From assembly GCA_035604455.1 (NCBI GenBank), contig DATNIM010000135.1, positions 723 through 64,722 on the forward strand: a stretch of DNA of 64,000 bases, in the 5' to 3' direction. Below are positions 55,562-64,000 of this stretch, piece by piece (within the stretch, counting starts at the first letter, position 1; every line of letters starts with the position of its first letter). A program made the position numbers and the translations under genes. The stretch is from Gemmatimonadales bacterium (lineage in GTDB: Bacteria > Gemmatimonadota > Gemmatimonadetes > Gemmatimonadales > GWC2-71-9). A model generated the notes under the pieces. That model was not told the DNA's origin and ran no database searches. It saw only the letters and a list, made by a program, of their open reading frames with translations.

Positions 55562-56176
55562 ATGGCGCACGCCTCATTTACGCACCAGCGCCTCGCGCGC
55601 GCGGCGCTGGAACTGTTCACTACCCAGGGCTACCACCCCACCACGACACCCCAGATCGCGAAGCGCGCGGGTGTTGCCGAAGGAACGATCTACCGGCACT
55701 TCCCGAGCAAGCGGGCGCTGCTGAACGACCTCTACCGAGGCGCCGCTCGGTGGGCCGCGAAGCTCGCCAAAGAAGCCGCAGCGAAGGGTGGGCCGCCCCG
55801 GCGCGTGCTCGCAGACTTGGGGCGCGACCTCGTCGCGGGCGCCGCGCGCGAGCCGGCAGTGGTCCGGCTGTTCTTCTTGCAGGCGCATGGCGTCGACGTG
55901 GACGAGGAGAGCCGGCACGCCGGTCGCGAGTTCCGAGGCGCGCTGGAAACCCTGGTCGCGCAAGGGAAAGCGGATGGCTCCGTCAAACCGGGCGCGGCGG
56001 AGCTCTGGGCGACGATCTGGCTTGGAGTGGTGGGCCTGGCGTTGGACCGAGTGGCGGCCCGGGATTGGGCGCCCGATCACGCGAATGTCGCGACGACGCT
56101 CGAGGCTGCGTGGGACGCGATCGCGATCGCGAGCCCGAGCTCAGCCGCTGCGGTCAGCCCGCCCGGCGCAGCGTAA
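55562..56176 (+). CDS. TetR-family transcriptional regulator
   Basis: N-terminal HTH AALELFTTQGYHPTTTPQIAKRAGVAEGTIYRHFPSK. Confidence 0.9.
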   Translation: MAHASFTHQRLARAALELFTTQGYHPTTTPQIAKRAGVAEGTIYRHFPSKRALLNDLYRGAARWAAKLAKEAAAKGGPPRRVLADLGRDLVAGAAREPAVVRLFFLQAHGVDVDEESRHAGREFRGALETLVAQGKADGSVKPGAAELWATIWLGVVGLALDRVAARDWAPDHANVATTLEAAWDAIAIASPSSAAAVSPPGAA

Positions 56177-57383
56177 AGAGCTCGATCTCGGGAGGTACGA
56201 ACACGCGAATCGGCACGCCCACCACCCCGATGCCCCGGCTCACGTACAGTTGGCTATCGCCCCGCCGGAACAGTCCCATCACGTACTTCGTAATCAGCTG
56301 CCCCGCCGACCATCCCAGGACGGGCAGATAGAATTGGCCGCCGTGAATGTGCCCGGCGAGCGTGAGGGGGATGCCGCGCGGCGCGGCCGAATCCCAGGCG
56401 CCGGGACGATGCGCGAGCAGGATCTTGAACGCTTCGGGGGGCGCAGCGCGCAGCGCGAGATCCACGTATCCGGGCTGCGGATCGTCCGCGCGCCAGTTCT
56501 CGGGATCGTCGATCCCAAGGAGGCCGAGCGTGGCACCCCCGCGTTCGACGACGTGGCATCCGTTTCGCACCAGCACGTGACCGGCGTCCCGCACCCCGCG
56601 CACCACGGCGTCCACGCCCGTGTAGTGATCGTGGTTGCCCAGCACCGTGACGCAACCGAGTGGGGCCGACAGATCGCGAAAGGTGCGCACGTAGGCCGGG
56701 ATGTAGCTCGGGGAGATGTCGATCATGTCACCCGTCTCCACGATCAGGTCGGGGCGGAGCGCGTTGGCCTGCTCGACGATGGCGCGCATCTTGTCCTCCC
56801 CCATGTGCACCCCGGCGTGGAGGTCGGAGAGGTGGAGGACCGTTAGACCGTCCAGCGCGATCGGCAGCCCCGCGAGACTGAGCGTACGGAGCGTGACGAG
56901 CGGCATCCGGTAGGCGCTCCAGATGCCGTAGGTCGACACGGCCGCTCCGGCGCCAGCGTACGCGTAGGTGGCCCGCGCGAGAAACTGGCGGCGCGAGAGC
57001 TGCATGGGCTGGGCGTGGGACAGCTCGAAGGCAACGAGCGGATCGACACGACCGTGGTGCCACCGTTCGATCCAGCCCACGATCCAGAGAAGGGCTTTGA
57101 CCCCGAGATACAGCACAACCAAGCCGCAGAACACCCAGCCCAGCATTTGCCAAGCGACCCAGGGACCCGTGTAGGGGATCCGCGCGATGCCCCAGATCGT
57201 GCCGAACAGGAGGCGGTGCGCGACGAAGAGCCACGGGAGGTTAAAGACCGCGAAGGTCCCCACGAGCAGCGATCGCACGAGGAGCGCTCGGCGGGGGTAC
57301 CGGGGGTCAGGCAGGCGCTCATTGAGGTAGAGGTAGAGCAGGATCTGCGGCGCCATGAAGAGCAGCAAATAGATTAGGCGCAT
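56154..57383 (-). CDS. Membrane-anchored metallophosphoesterase (calcineurin-like)
   Basis: Internal ATG at 57383. N-terminal TM helices. Motifs LHLSDLHAG, GDMID, LGNHDHY and GHIHGGQ. Its 3' end overlaps the TetR gene by 23 nt. Confidence 0.88.
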   Translation of the reverse strand: MRLIYLLLFMAPQILLYLYLNERLPDPRYPRRALLVRSLLVGTFAVFNLPWLFVAHRLLFGTIWGIARIPYTGPWVAWQMLGWVFCGLVVLYLGVKALLWIVGWIERWHHGRVDPLVAFELSHAQPMQLSRRQFLARATYAYAGAGAAVSTYGIWSAYRMPLVTLRTLSLAGLPIALDGLTVLHLSDLHAGVHMGEDKMRAIVEQANALRPDLIVETGDMIDISPSYIPAYVRTFRDLSAPLGCVTVLGNHDHYTGVDAVVRGVRDAGHVLVRNGCHVVERGGATLGLLGIDDPENWRADDPQPGYVDLALRAAPPEAFKILLAHRPGAWDSAAPRGIPLTLAGHIHGGQFYLPVLGWSAGQLITKYVMGLFRRGDSQLYVSRGIGVVGVPIRVFVPPEIELFTLRRAG

Positions 57384-58680
57384 GTGCACTCGTACCCTCG
57401 CCGCGCTGGCGATGTTCGTCGTATGCTTGAGCGCACCGGCCACTGCCCAGCGTCTCTCATCGGCAGACCGGACGGCCCTGGTCGCCGAGCTGTGGAGCGT
57501 TCAGCGCACGACTTCGGCCGCGGCGTGGCGGGCCCACGTGGACTGGGACGCGGCGCTGGCCGATGGACTGCGCGCGGCGGCGCCCCCACAAAGCGATCTC
57601 CACTTCCTTCGCGTCCTCCGACAGATCCTCGCGCTGTTGGGCGACGGTCAAGCCGAGATCGTGCCTCCGCCCTGGCTCCGCGCCCGGCTCGCGCGCCCGC
57701 CGCTCCTGCTCGGAAGCGTCGAGCGCCGGCCCTTCCTGCTCGACTACGGCGACAACGCCGAACTGCGGGTCGCTCACCCCGACCGTCTGTCGGAGATCCT
57801 GGCCGTCCAGGGCGTTCCCGTCGAGGACTGGATCCGCGACTCGGTCCTCCCAGGCGTGGGCGGTGCGACCGCTGCGGCGCGGTGGTCACGGGCGGTGAGC
57901 GTCATGCTCGAAGGGGAGAAGGGGACGGCCGTGCACCTTCTTCTGCAACGCCCTGACGGCGAGCGTCGCGGAATCAGCGTGACTCGCACCGTCTCCGCCG
58001 ACCATTGGCCGTTTGTGCCTCCGCCGGTGACCGTGGAGTCGCTCCCCGGCGGGATAGCGGTCGTGCACGTGCACACGCTGGCCGACGCGGACGTGATCGA
58101 TCGCTTCGAGCGTGCGCTCTCCGGCATGACCGGCGAGCGGGCGCTCGTCCTCGACCTTCGGGACGTGAGCGACGGACGCCCCGACAATGCCTACGGCATC
58201 GTCGCGAGACTCACGCCGGAGCCCATCCCGGCGCCGCGGCGCCGCATGCCCATGTACCGGCCAGCCTTCGGCCTCCTGGAACGCCCGGAGTCGGCCGCCA
58301 CGTGGGCCTGGCTTCCTCCGGACACCATCAAACCGAGGGGCGAGCACGGGTCCTTCACCGGACCGCTCGCCGTGCTCGCCTCGTCGACCACCGCAGGAGC
58401 GGCCGAGGACCTGCTCGCCGTGATCCGCGGGACCGGGCGAGGCGTGATCGTGGGCGCGCAATCGGCCGGCAGTCCCGGGGAGGGGCTCAGCGTGTCGCTC
58501 GGGAGCGGTTGGTCGGCCGAACTGTCCGTCCTGGGAGACGCGCTGCCCGATGGAACCCCCTTCGCCGGGACGGGCCTCACGCCCGATTTGCCCGTTACGC
58601 AGTCGGTCGAAGATTTCCTCTCCGGGCGAGACGTGGTGCTGGAGCGTGCCCAAGCCTACCTGGCGGCCGGTGGCCAGTAG
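57382..58680 (+). CDS. S41-family (tail-specific protease-like) peptidase, secreted
   Basis: Signal MCTRTLAALAMFVVCLSAPATAQ. LVLDLRDVSDG... and VLASSTTAGAAEDLL resemble the S41 catalytic region. Confidence 0.8.
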   Translation: MCTRTLAALAMFVVCLSAPATAQRLSSADRTALVAELWSVQRTTSAAAWRAHVDWDAALADGLRAAAPPQSDLHFLRVLRQILALLGDGQAEIVPPPWLRARLARPPLLLGSVERRPFLLDYGDNAELRVAHPDRLSEILAVQGVPVEDWIRDSVLPGVGGATAAARWSRAVSVMLEGEKGTAVHLLLQRPDGERRGISVTRTVSADHWPFVPPPVTVESLPGGIAVVHVHTLADADVIDRFERALSGMTGERALVLDLRDVSDGRPDNAYGIVARLTPEPIPAPRRRMPMYRPAFGLLERPESAATWAWLPPDTIKPRGEHGSFTGPLAVLASSTTAGAAEDLLAVIRGTGRGVIVGAQSAGSPGEGLSVSLGSGWSAELSVLGDALPDGTPFAGTGLTPDLPVTQSVEDFLSGRDVVLERAQAYLAAGGQ

Positions 58681-58721
58681 CGGGCGAGCGCGCGCCGCTG
58701 GGCGTGCGCCGTGGTGCCAGG

Positions 58722-60392
58722 TCATGGGCCGTTCGACTCGCTCGTAAGAAGCAGCTCGTGATCGGGATCCAGCTCCAAGGCGGTTGGGACAAACGGGAGG
58801 TCGAACGACGCTCTCACGTCGGGGGAGAGCACCGGCATCCGTCGCCGCGCCCGAACCCCGCCCGGACCGACGAAGTCGAGCGATAGATCGGGAAGTCGAA
58901 AGACGCCCCAGCTCGCTGGCTGCACCTCTTCGAGCACGAGGCTCGCACGAGAAGACGTCGAGTCGCGCGTCGCCTGCCAACGGCACCGGAGCTTGGGATA
59001 GCCGGGTTGGTCGAGCCATTGATCGAAGAACCAACCCAGCGGCCGGCCCGCCGCACGCTCCATCACCGTCTGCAAGTCGCGGGACACCGCGGTGGAATCG
59101 CGAAAGGCCCGGTAATAGGCTCTGATCCCGCTCCAAAACGCGCTGTCGCCGACTGTCGCGCGGAGCATGGCGAGCACCCAAGCCCCCTTTTCATAGTTGT
59201 TCGCGTTCAGCAGGCGCAGCGGGTCGTGTTCCGCCGTGTCCACAATCGGGCGGCCGACGACCGGCGACCGGAAATAGCGGTCGGCATCCGCGCGGAGGCC
59301 CGTCGCGAGAAGGGAGTCGCCGTGCAGCGCGGCGCCCACGACCAGATCGAAGTAGGTGGCGAACCCTTCGGACAACCAGAGATCGTGCCAGTCGCGCTCG
59401 GTCACGGCGTCGCCGAACCACTGATGGGCGGTCTCATGACGGACGACTGCTTCCGTCATGCGTCGCTCGCTCCACGCCCCCTCATCGTAAAAGATGGCAC
59501 TGGCGTTCTCCATGCCGCCGAAGCGTGTGGCCGATTCGACGTGCGCGAGCTTCTCGTAGGGAAACGGCCCGACCAGGCGCTCGAGGACCTCGACAATCTC
59601 GGTGGCTTGGCGGAACGGACCGGAATCCGCGAACTCCGAGTCCTCGGGGTAAGCCCAAACTTCGACGGGGACAGTATCGCGACCCAAGACGGCGGGACGA
59701 TGCTGGCTCACCGTGAACCGGGCCGCGCCGATGACCATCGTGTAGGGTGGCACGGGACGGCTTTCGAGCCAGGCTGCGCCCCCCGTGCCGGCCGGTTGGG
59801 GAGCGCCGTTCGCCACGACCCGCCAACCTGCGGGAGCGCGGACGTCGAACGCGACGGTGGCCTTCGCCGCGGGGCGGTCAGCGCTCGGCAACCAGTAGCG
59901 CGCCCGCTCGGGCCAGTTGTCGGCGAACACCGCGCGACGCCCGTGCACGTCGACACCGATCAACAGCCCGTCCCGCGGCGCACCGTGGTAGCGAACCTCG
60001 ACGACGTCCGACTCAACCGCTCCGCGAACGCTGGGCAGAGACACCCTGAGCACGCGCCCGTCGTAGGCGAAGGAGGCCGGCGCCCACGCGTCGGGCTCGG
60101 GCATCGCCGAACCCGTGTCGCGCGCCCAGTGGACCCCGTCCACGGCCAGGCCGACAAGGTCGAGAACGAGCGTCTGGTCGTTCGGTGTCCGGACCAATGC
60201 GACGCGGGCGCTCGCGGTGATGGTGTCGCCGCTCGAGGGCAGGGTAAGCGTGACCCGGTACCCTGTGACCCGGGGATCAACGCCCTGCGCTTGGACGAGG
60301 GAGCTCAGGAGGAGGAGCGCACCGGCCCAGTAGCGCCACGACGGAGCCGAAGGGACGCACGGCGTTCGTCGCCCGGTGGAGCGCGACGGCAC
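58722..60392 (-). CDS. M1-family zinc metallopeptidase (aminopeptidase N-like), secreted
   Basis: HETAHQWFGD ... LWLSEGFATY (HExxH-x18-E). N-terminal signal. Confidence 0.9.
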   Translation of the reverse strand: MPSRSTGRRTPCVPSAPSWRYWAGALLLLSSLVQAQGVDPRVTGYRVTLTLPSSGDTITASARVALVRTPNDQTLVLDLVGLAVDGVHWARDTGSAMPEPDAWAPASFAYDGRVLRVSLPSVRGAVESDVVEVRYHGAPRDGLLIGVDVHGRRAVFADNWPERARYWLPSADRPAAKATVAFDVRAPAGWRVVANGAPQPAGTGGAAWLESRPVPPYTMVIGAARFTVSQHRPAVLGRDTVPVEVWAYPEDSEFADSGPFRQATEIVEVLERLVGPFPYEKLAHVESATRFGGMENASAIFYDEGAWSERRMTEAVVRHETAHQWFGDAVTERDWHDLWLSEGFATYFDLVVGAALHGDSLLATGLRADADRYFRSPVVGRPIVDTAEHDPLRLLNANNYEKGAWVLAMLRATVGDSAFWSGIRAYYRAFRDSTAVSRDLQTVMERAAGRPLGWFFDQWLDQPGYPKLRCRWQATRDSTSSRASLVLEEVQPASWGVFRLPDLSLDFVGPGGVRARRRMPVLSPDVRASFDLPFVPTALELDPDHELLLTSESNGP

Positions 60393-60396
60393 GCGC

Positions 60397-61467
60397 CTAC
60401 GAGAGCTTCTCTTTGAGCTTGCCGAGGATGCCGCCTGATGCCGGAGCGCTCAGCGCTTCGGCGAACTCGAGCGTTGTCGCGAAGCGAGCCTCGGGCGAGG
60501 TCGCCATGGCCCGAGCGAGCGCCTTTTCGAGCGTGACGGGGAGGTCGGGCCGGAGCTGCCGCAGGGGCACCGGCTCGCCCCGCAACCGCGCGATCATCAT
60601 TTCCTGGGCGTTTCGGCCCTGGAAGGGGAGCTTGCCCGTGAACATCTCGAAGGCGACGATCCCGAGCGCATAGATATCCGAGCGGGCATCCAAGGCCTTG
60701 CCGCGGATCTGCTCGGGACTCATGAACTCGGGCGTGCCGAGAATGATGCCCGTTGCGGTGAGTTTGGCGATCGCCGGGTCCGCCCGACGCTCCTTGGCGA
60801 GCCCGAAGTCGAGCACCACCGCGCGCTCTCCGCCTCCGGGCTCCCGCACGAGCATGATGTTCTCGGGCTTAAGGTCGCGATGCACGATCTGCAATTCGTG
60901 GGCATGGTGGAGCCCGGCGCACACCTGGCGCAGCACCTCGAGCCCCACCTCGAGATCCATCGGACCGGCCTTGACCTCGCGGTCTGAGAGGAGCTCGCCT
61001 TCGAGGAACGGCATGACCAGGTAGATCAGGCCGTCCTCCGATTCTCCGAGCCGCATGATCCGACACGCGTTCGGGTGATCGAGGCGCATGGCGAGACCCG
61101 CTTCGCGGCGCAGGCGCTCAACCGAGCTGCGGTCGCTCGCGAGCTTCGGCGACAGCACCTTGATCGCCACTTGGTGCCCCGTCGCCACCTCCTTGGCGAG
61201 ATACACAAACGACATGCCGCCCTCGCCGAGCTTCTTCACGACCTGGTAGCGCGTGTCGAGGATTTGACCAGAGAGACTCGACGCGCGTTCGAGCGAACGC
61301 GGGGACCCAGGGGGGAGCCGGACTGCCGTAGCGCTGCCGCTCGAAGGCGGAGCAGGCGGCGTCGGCGCTTTCGCCTGCACCTCGACCAGGAGACTCCCGT
61401 CCTTCGGGCAAAAGCGGGCCGTGTCGCCGTACATCGAGCCACAGCGGGGACAGCGGCGCGGGCTCAC
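60397..61467 (-). CDS. Cytoplasmic Ser/Thr protein kinase with N-terminal zinc ribbon
   Basis: CPRCGSMYGDTARFCPKDG, then GEGGMSFVY, AIK, HRDLKPEN, DFG and SPE. I see no TM helix. Confidence 0.9.
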   Translation of the reverse strand: MSPRRCPRCGSMYGDTARFCPKDGSLLVEVQAKAPTPPAPPSSGSATAVRLPPGSPRSLERASSLSGQILDTRYQVVKKLGEGGMSFVYLAKEVATGHQVAIKVLSPKLASDRSSVERLRREAGLAMRLDHPNACRIMRLGESEDGLIYLVMPFLEGELLSDREVKAGPMDLEVGLEVLRQVCAGLHHAHELQIVHRDLKPENIMLVREPGGGERAVVLDFGLAKERRADPAIAKLTATGIILGTPEFMSPEQIRGKALDARSDIYALGIVAFEMFTGKLPFQGRNAQEMMIARLRGEPVPLRQLRPDLPVTLEKALARAMATSPEARFATTLEFAEALSAPASGGILGKLKEKLS

Positions 61468-62900
61468 TGACGCACGAGGTTCCGGCCTTCGTTCTTGGCT
61501 CGGTAGAGGGCCTGATCCGCAAGGGCGACGAAGCTGTCAGCGTTGCCCACCCGATCGTCCGGGAACGAAGCCAAGCCGATGCTCACCGTGAGGTGCAGTC
61601 GGTCCTGGCCGGGCTCGGCGAATTCGTGCTGCATGATCCGGCGCCGCAACCGCTCGGCGAAGATGGCAGCCCCTTGGAGCGCCGTTTCGGGCATCACGAC
61701 GACGAATTCTTCGCCGCCGTAGCGCGCGACGATGTCCACTGACCGGGCCTCCCGCCGCAAGATCTCCCCAACTTGGCGCAGGACGGAGTCCCCCGCAATG
61801 TGGCCGCGCGTGTCGTTCACGAGCTTGAATCGATCGATGTCCGCGAGCAGGATCGTGATGGCCAGATCGTAGCGCCGCGCGCGCTCGAGCTCCTGCTCGA
61901 GATTTTGCGACAGGGCGCGCCGGTTGAGACAGCCGGTCAGCGCGTCCGTCGCCGCGAGCTTCTCGAGGCGCTTGTTGTCCGACACCGCGCTCTCGAAGTC
62001 GTAGGCCTTCTCCAGCGCCGTGACGGCGCTGCTGATCACGGTTTCTGCAAACTGCGCGTCGGCGGGAGTGAGGGGCGCGTCCTCGCCCGTGGTACGGAGA
62101 AAGAAGACGCCGATCTGCTGGTCCTTCATCGAAAACGGAATTGCCACCGCCGAGCGGGTGGCGACCACGATCCCTTCACGCTGCCAGCGGACGCGCTCCT
62201 CGACGTACAGGGGATCGCTCGGCACGTCCTCCACCAGGACCGGCCGCCGGTGCGTCAGGGCCTGCTGGATCTCCGGATATCGCGACAGGTCGATCTGCAG
62301 GTTCCGGAGCATCGGGTTCTCGTACGCGGTGACCACCACCCCCATCGCGTCGCCCGGCCGCGCGAGCACCAGCGAGCACTTCGAGATCCGCAGCACGCGG
62401 GCGATGCGCCGCGCCAGGATGTGGTAGATCTCATCGGCCTTGAGGGAATCGGTCACCTCGTGGAGGATATCGACCATCGTCGCGCGGCTGCGGGCCTCTT
62501 CGCGCGCGCGCGATAGCTCCTCAGCCGAGCGCAGGTGCACCTTCACGCGCGCGAGCAGTTCCCGAACCCGGAACGGCTTGGGGATGAAGTCCGCCGCGCC
62601 GAGGCCGAGCGCCTTGACCGTCGCCTCCTCGGGCGGCATCGAGGAGATCATGAGCACCGGGAGATCGCGAAATCGGTCGTCTTCCTTGAGGCGCTGCAAC
62701 AGCTGCAGGCCGTCGGTCGTGGGCATCATGATGTCGAGAAGGAGGAGGTTGGGGCGCTCTTCCTCCAGCCGTACCAGCAAATCCGCGCCCCCGGGAACGG
62801 CGACCACGGTGTACCCGTCGTTCTTGAGAATCCAGGTGAGCGTCTGGACGAGCGACTGATCGTCGTCGGCGATGAGGATCTTGGCTGCGGTCTCGGGCAT
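61464..62900 (-). CDS. Response-regulator receiver, GAF, GGDEF diguanylate cyclase
   Basis: Internal ATG at 62900 (MPETAAKILIADDD...DIMMPTTDG...KPF). GGEEF active site with an RSVD I-site 5 residues upstream. Confidence 0.9.
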   Translation of the reverse strand: MPETAAKILIADDDQSLVQTLTWILKNDGYTVVAVPGGADLLVRLEEERPNLLLLDIMMPTTDGLQLLQRLKEDDRFRDLPVLMISSMPPEEATVKALGLGAADFIPKPFRVRELLARVKVHLRSAEELSRAREEARSRATMVDILHEVTDSLKADEIYHILARRIARVLRISKCSLVLARPGDAMGVVVTAYENPMLRNLQIDLSRYPEIQQALTHRRPVLVEDVPSDPLYVEERVRWQREGIVVATRSAVAIPFSMKDQQIGVFFLRTTGEDAPLTPADAQFAETVISSAVTALEKAYDFESAVSDNKRLEKLAATDALTGCLNRRALSQNLEQELERARRYDLAITILLADIDRFKLVNDTRGHIAGDSVLRQVGEILRREARSVDIVARYGGEEFVVVMPETALQGAAIFAERLRRRIMQHEFAEPGQDRLHLTVSIGLASFPDDRVGNADSFVALADQALYRAKNEGRNLVRQ

Positions 62901-62904
62901 CGCC

Positions 62905-63837
62905 TCAGCAGTCCTCGATGAGCGCTGGGTCCACGTTCCCCCCGCTGACGATGAGCACGGTCGGCGCCGCCGGTTGCACCGCCCCGGCGCGCAGCGCCGC
63001 CACGGTTGCCGCGCCGGAGGGCTCGACCGCGAGCCGGCACTCGCGCCACAGAAAATGCACGGCCTCGCGGATACTGCCATCTTCGACGAGCGCTACTCCG
63101 CACAGCCGGTCGCGGCCGTGGACGAGTTCCTCCCACGGCACGGCACCGATCCGTAACGGCAAGAGCCCGTCCGCGACGCTCGTGCTCTGGTCGAGCCTCG
63201 TGGGCCGGCCCGCGGCCAGGGCCCGGGTCAGTTTGGGCGCACCGACGGGTTCCACCCCCCACACGCGGGCGGCGCTCCCGCACGCGGCGAGCCCCGCCAG
63301 GGTGCCGGCAATGAGCCCGCCACCGCCGACCGGGACCACGATGCCTGCCACGTCCGGGAGCTGCTCCTGGATCTCGAGCCCGACCGTGGCCTGGCCGGCG
63401 ACGATGTCCGGATCATCGAAGGGCGAGATGATCGCGAACCCTTCGCGGGCCGCGATGGCCTCGGCACGCACCTGGCGGTCCTCCGAGGTGCGGCCGGCGA
63501 GCACCACCTCGCCGCCCCACTTCCGCACCCCCGCGACTTTCACCGCGGGAGCGGTCTCGGGCATGACGATCACCGCGCGCACCCCGAGCGTGCACGCAGC
63601 GTAGGCCACGGCCTGGCCGTGATTGCCGCTCGAGTAGGTGATCACTCCGCGACGGCGGACCGGCTCGGGAAGGCGGCGAACGGCATTGAAGGCGCCCCGA
63701 ATTTTGAACGCCCCGCCCACCTGCAGGTTCTCGAGCTTCAGATAGGCGTCGAGCGCCGGCACGTATCGCAGCGGCGTGCGCACGGCCACCCCTTGGAGCG
63801 CTGCGGCGGCCTCGTACACGGCGGCGGACTCGATCAC
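62905..63837 (-). CDS. PLP-dependent threonine/serine dehydratase (short, no regulatory domain)
   Basis: A GTG at 63837 sits directly after the upstream TAG. Motifs ENLQVGGAFKIRGA (PLP Lys) and SSGNHGQ. The listed ATG at 63918 would overlap the upstream gene. Confidence 0.88.
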   Translation of the reverse strand: MIESAAVYEAAAALQGVAVRTPLRYVPALDAYLKLENLQVGGAFKIRGAFNAVRRLPEPVRRRGVITYSSGNHGQAVAYAACTLGVRAVIVMPETAPAVKVAGVRKWGGEVVLAGRTSEDRQVRAEAIAAREGFAIISPFDDPDIVAGQATVGLEIQEQLPDVAGIVVPVGGGGLIAGTLAGLAACGSAARVWGVEPVGAPKLTRALAAGRPTRLDQSTSVADGLLPLRIGAVPWEELVHGRDRLCGVALVEDGSIREAVHFLWRECRLAVEPSGAATVAALRAGAVQPAAPTVLIVSGGNVDPALIEDC

Positions 63838-63838
63838 G

Positions 63839-64000
63839 CTAGCGCGTCTTCGGCCCGCCTCGGGGCCGTGGGGTCGCCTTCGCGGCATGGGCCGCGGGCC
63901 GCGCCCCCTCCTCCTCACCGTCCTCGTCGTCCACCACCTCCGCCGCTTCTTCTTCCTTCACGACCCGCGCCACGTCCACCAGCAGGTCACCGGCGATCAG
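63839..64000 (-). CDS. 3' end of an unidentified gene (acidic then basic tail), truncated by the window edge
   Basis: The minus-strand frame is open from 64000 to the TAG at 63839-63841: LIAGDLLVDVARVVKEEEAAEVVDDEDGEEEGARPAAHAAKATPRPRGGPKTR*. GC3 is high. It is missing from the ORF track because it has no in-window start. Confidence 0.45.
   Translation of the reverse strand: MIAGDLLVDVARVVKEEEAAEVVDDEDGEEEGARPAAHAAKATPRPRGGPKTR

Noticed and set aside
1-64000. A search for CRISPR arrays, IS elements, integrases, prophage genes, rRNA/tRNA/tmRNA/RNase P/SRP RNA and obvious defence-system nucleases.
   Set aside because: I saw no short regular direct repeats, no transposase or integrase-like ORFs, no conserved ncRNA signature strings (for example GAGGAAAGTCC or tRNA arms), and no marked GC-skewed island apart from short AT-rich promoter patches. 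This was checked by eye only; a tRNAscan/Infernal/ISfinder run would be decisive.

Overview
This is a high-GC, densely coding bacterial chromosomal segment. I call about 62 protein-coding genes. By eye I found no rRNA, tRNA, CRISPR array, transposase or integrase. The gene content (many ECF sigma factors, Ser/Thr kinases, MCPs, and M1/S9/S41 peptidases) would fit a Gemmatimonadota-, Acidobacteriota- or Myxococcota-like organism, but that is only a guess. Many long ORFs in the six-frame track are Arg/Pro/Gly/Ala-rich antisense or alternate-frame artefacts of GC-rich DNA. Several real genes start at internal codons of the listed ORFs.

Main blocks:
- 1-7021: envelope and glycan genes (thioredoxin-fold DUF255 protein, cyclophilin, GT39/ArnT-like, AsnB, HD).
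- 7213-14573: one translationally coupled array of ECF sigma, anti-sigma-like protein, LTXXQ protein, TolC, a split MacB-type ABC transporter and two tandem adaptor paralogues. An MCP follows it.
- 16247-20919: lipoprotein, cytochrome b plus Moco oxidoreductase, and an amicyanin-like cupredoxin coupled to a receptor Ser/Thr kinase.
- 21357-32096: PHP protein, membrane protein plus wHTH regulator, uppS, phzF, EamA, M1 and S9 peptidases, fabH, and a plant/chlamydia-type fabI.
- 32110-40065: degenerate HD-GYP protein, Cys4-YciI protein, PadR, hybrid histidine kinase, an ECF sigma/anti-sigma/PDZ operon, and mbfA.
- 40112-52138: leuS, a second MCP, and a serA / class V aminotransferase / unknown / GNAT / argD / argB / argC / pncB run.
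- 52156-64000: GT2 / orphan zf-HC2 / secreted protein module, OMP, TetR, metallophosphoesterase, S41 and M1 peptidases, and a threonine dehydratase / REC-GAF-GGDEF / Zn-ribbon Ser/Thr kinase operon.

The most notable observations:
- The ECF-headed exporter with duplicated, insertion-bearing adaptors.
- The cupredoxin / Cache-like-HAMP kinase pair.
- A recurrent promoter layout in which a TAnnnT -10 box lies 6-14 nt upstream of start codons, implying leaderless or near-leaderless mRNAs. It includes a 21-bp bidirectional promoter and a CATG in which divergent start codons overlap.
- Several compact signalling operons.

Everything here comes from reading the sequence and from recalled family motifs. 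No database search was run.
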